Below are positions 61,961-64,000 of a stretch of DNA of 64,000 bases, piece by piece. The position numbers and the translations under genes were made by a program. The stretch's first letter is position 1, and every line of letters begins with the position of its first letter. The notes under the pieces are model-generated. The model had not been told where the DNA came from and did no database searches. It saw nothing but the letters and a program-made list of their open reading frames with translations. This DNA comes from Octopus sinensis (lineage: Eukaryota): contig NC_043000.1 of the NCBI RefSeq assembly GCF_006345805.1, forward strand, positions 101,432,001-101,496,000, written 5' to 3'.

Positions 61961-62180
61961 CAAGGGGATATTGAAAAGTTCCTGGCTTTAAGGGTATCTT
62001 GAAAAGCCTGACTAGAGGCTCGACCTTCCAAGTATTTTTTTTTTATAGGGCTTAGTAAAAATGGACTGCTACAGTCAGTGTGTGAATCTGAGAGGGGAAT
62101 ATGTCAAATAAAATCATAATTAACTGATCTTCCTGTATTTTCTATTACTCAAAGCCAGGAACTTTTCAGCACCCCATTTG
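61961..62180 (+). mobile_element. Mariner-derived MITE
   Basis: TA|CAAGGGGATATTGAAAAGTTCCTGGCTT ... AAGCCAGGAACTTTTCAGCACCCCATTTG|TA. It retains the transposase C-terminus QCVNLRGEYVK*. Confidence 0.8.
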
Positions 62181-62883
62181 TACATACATACCTATTTACA
62201 TACATACATATAATCCCAGAAAAAAGACAGGAAGATCCTGTTTGGAATGCCTTGCCTCATCGATCTGCTCAATCAGGATTGACCATGGGTTAAACAATTA
62301 TAACATCTTTATATATTGAGCAGCCGAATAGCAAAAATATTGATGCTGAATGAAATTCTTTACAACATTCAGTTACAACATTCTTTATATTTTGAGTTTT
62401 GAAATTATTCTTGTGTTTTTGACATGGCCTTTCATTTTCTTCTAGTGTAGATGACATATATACCTTATATTGATTTAGTGAACTGACCCCTCTGCAACAA
62501 ATTTGCAGAATTGATGCCAAAGTTAGGACTAGATAGACACATATACACACATACATATTTATATATGTGTGTATTCATATATGTACATACGTGGAAGCAC
62601 ACACATGTATATATATGTTTTCACACACACACACACACATTATCATCATCATTAATATCCATACATATCATATGTGTGTATGTATATATGTGAACATACA
62701 CACACACATATATATATATGTGTAACTATCTATCTATTTATCTATCTATCTTTCTATCTATCTACCTATCTATCAGTCTTTTGTCTGTTTGTCTATTTAA
62801 ACCCATTTAATATCCAAAAATACACATACATGCATGCATACATACCTACATATATGTAAGTGTATGTATATATGTGAATGCAC

Positions 62884-62917
<34 letters not shown>

Positions 62918-64000
62918 TTATCATCATCATCATCATTTAACAAACATATTCTTCAATGTGTAAAAACAAACATTTTGGGTGGCATATTTTAAATATTTAT
63001 TTAGATCCCAATTGCTTAAGAAATGATGGAACATGTGTACAATGGTTATTCAAATAAATTCTTTTAAATAGTATATTACTCAATGGATATTTTGCAATAT
63101 GAACTGATTAACTACTAAATAAATGAGTTTTTTTTTTCATAATTCTAATCATCTCCATATTGAGTTTCCATGTTATTGCTTATTGTTTGTGTCTTGAAAC
63201 ATTTTAATACATCTTCTTACCAGAATTTATACCATTTATAAACATGTATATATTATATTTCATTTCCCTCAATATATAAAATTCATATAGCTCTAGCTTT
63301 ATTTCTTTCTATATTTGTGCAAGACACTTTTGCCGCAAGGAAAAATGACATTATAGTATAGACCTAAGGGAAATAATTATTTGAGCAGTTCACGAGCATG
63401 CAAGATATTCTTTTTGATAGTAAACTTATAGTGAAAGACATAACTGCTGGGCAGAATTATAATTAAAACATATTGATGTACAGAAGAGCCTCTTATAGAA
63501 AAGCCAATGGCAACTATAGCAGGAGAGGTGACAGACGTCATTATAAATAGGTGAGGTTAACCTCTATATATGGTTGCTAGAAGTAGCAACCAAATCACTG
63601 TCAAATCATTTTCTGTTGATTTTAAAAAAGAGAGGACAGAGTGGATAATGTAGTCTGGGATGGTCATGGTTTGTGTGTGACCTTTGGTTGGATTGATGTA
63701 GGCTGATCTGGGACTAAACATCAACAACAACTGCCTACAGATTAGCTGCCTATTGAAACACTACTTAATGGTGTAGTTAATCTTGAATGTGTTACTATAT
63801 TGGCCACAGGCTGGGTTAGTTTATGATCTGGAAAGGTTGAATTAGGGGAAGGCTGCATCCTTTGCTGTGGGCCTGTTGAGGGCATGTGTTTTGGATGATG
63901 ATGAAATGATAGAACTACAATAAACTTGACCAGAAATTAGTTGGGGAGGGAAGGCAATCAAAGATTTTTTTAATTTTGGACTCTAGTACATAATAGAATA

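Noticed and set aside
352-63000. Dozens of ORFs rich in YI/IY, CV/VC, HT/TH, MYVC, poly-D/H/S/M or REGRK
   Set aside because: They are translations of (TA)n, (TG)n, (TATG)n, (GAT)n and (GGAA)n microsatellites, not genes.

Overview
Eukaryotic, very AT-rich, microsatellite-saturated genomic DNA. The SINE and LINE repertoire points to an octopus (coleoid cephalopod); this is inferred from repeat families, not from a diagnostic gene. Almost all ORFs in the supplied track are translations of (TA)n/(CA)n/(TATG)n/(GAT)n repeats or of decayed transposons. The window is intronic or intergenic. It holds dozens of tRNA-derived SINE copies (at least 3 families), 3' ends of RTE- and CR1-clade LINEs, a near full-length IR/DR-type Tc1 (DD34E) pseudo-element, mariner, piggyBac-type and Helitron non-autonomous elements, a tRNA-Phe pseudogene, a full-length U6 snRNA copy fused to an RTE 3' end, and a few weakly supported exons of an unidentified minus-strand host gene. 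The most interesting signal is a set of small, mutually unrelated inserts, mostly lodged in (TA)n or (TG)n tracts, that fold into hammerhead-ribozyme (HHR) architectures. These are one complete type I core inside a 125-bp palindrome (9710-9760), a 312-bp unit with 62-bp terminal redundancy and a minimal HHR remnant (49154-49527), and several variant or decayed cores. The pattern suggests a diverse Penelope-like/retrozyme system. All folds were derived by hand and none has been tested computationally or biochemically.
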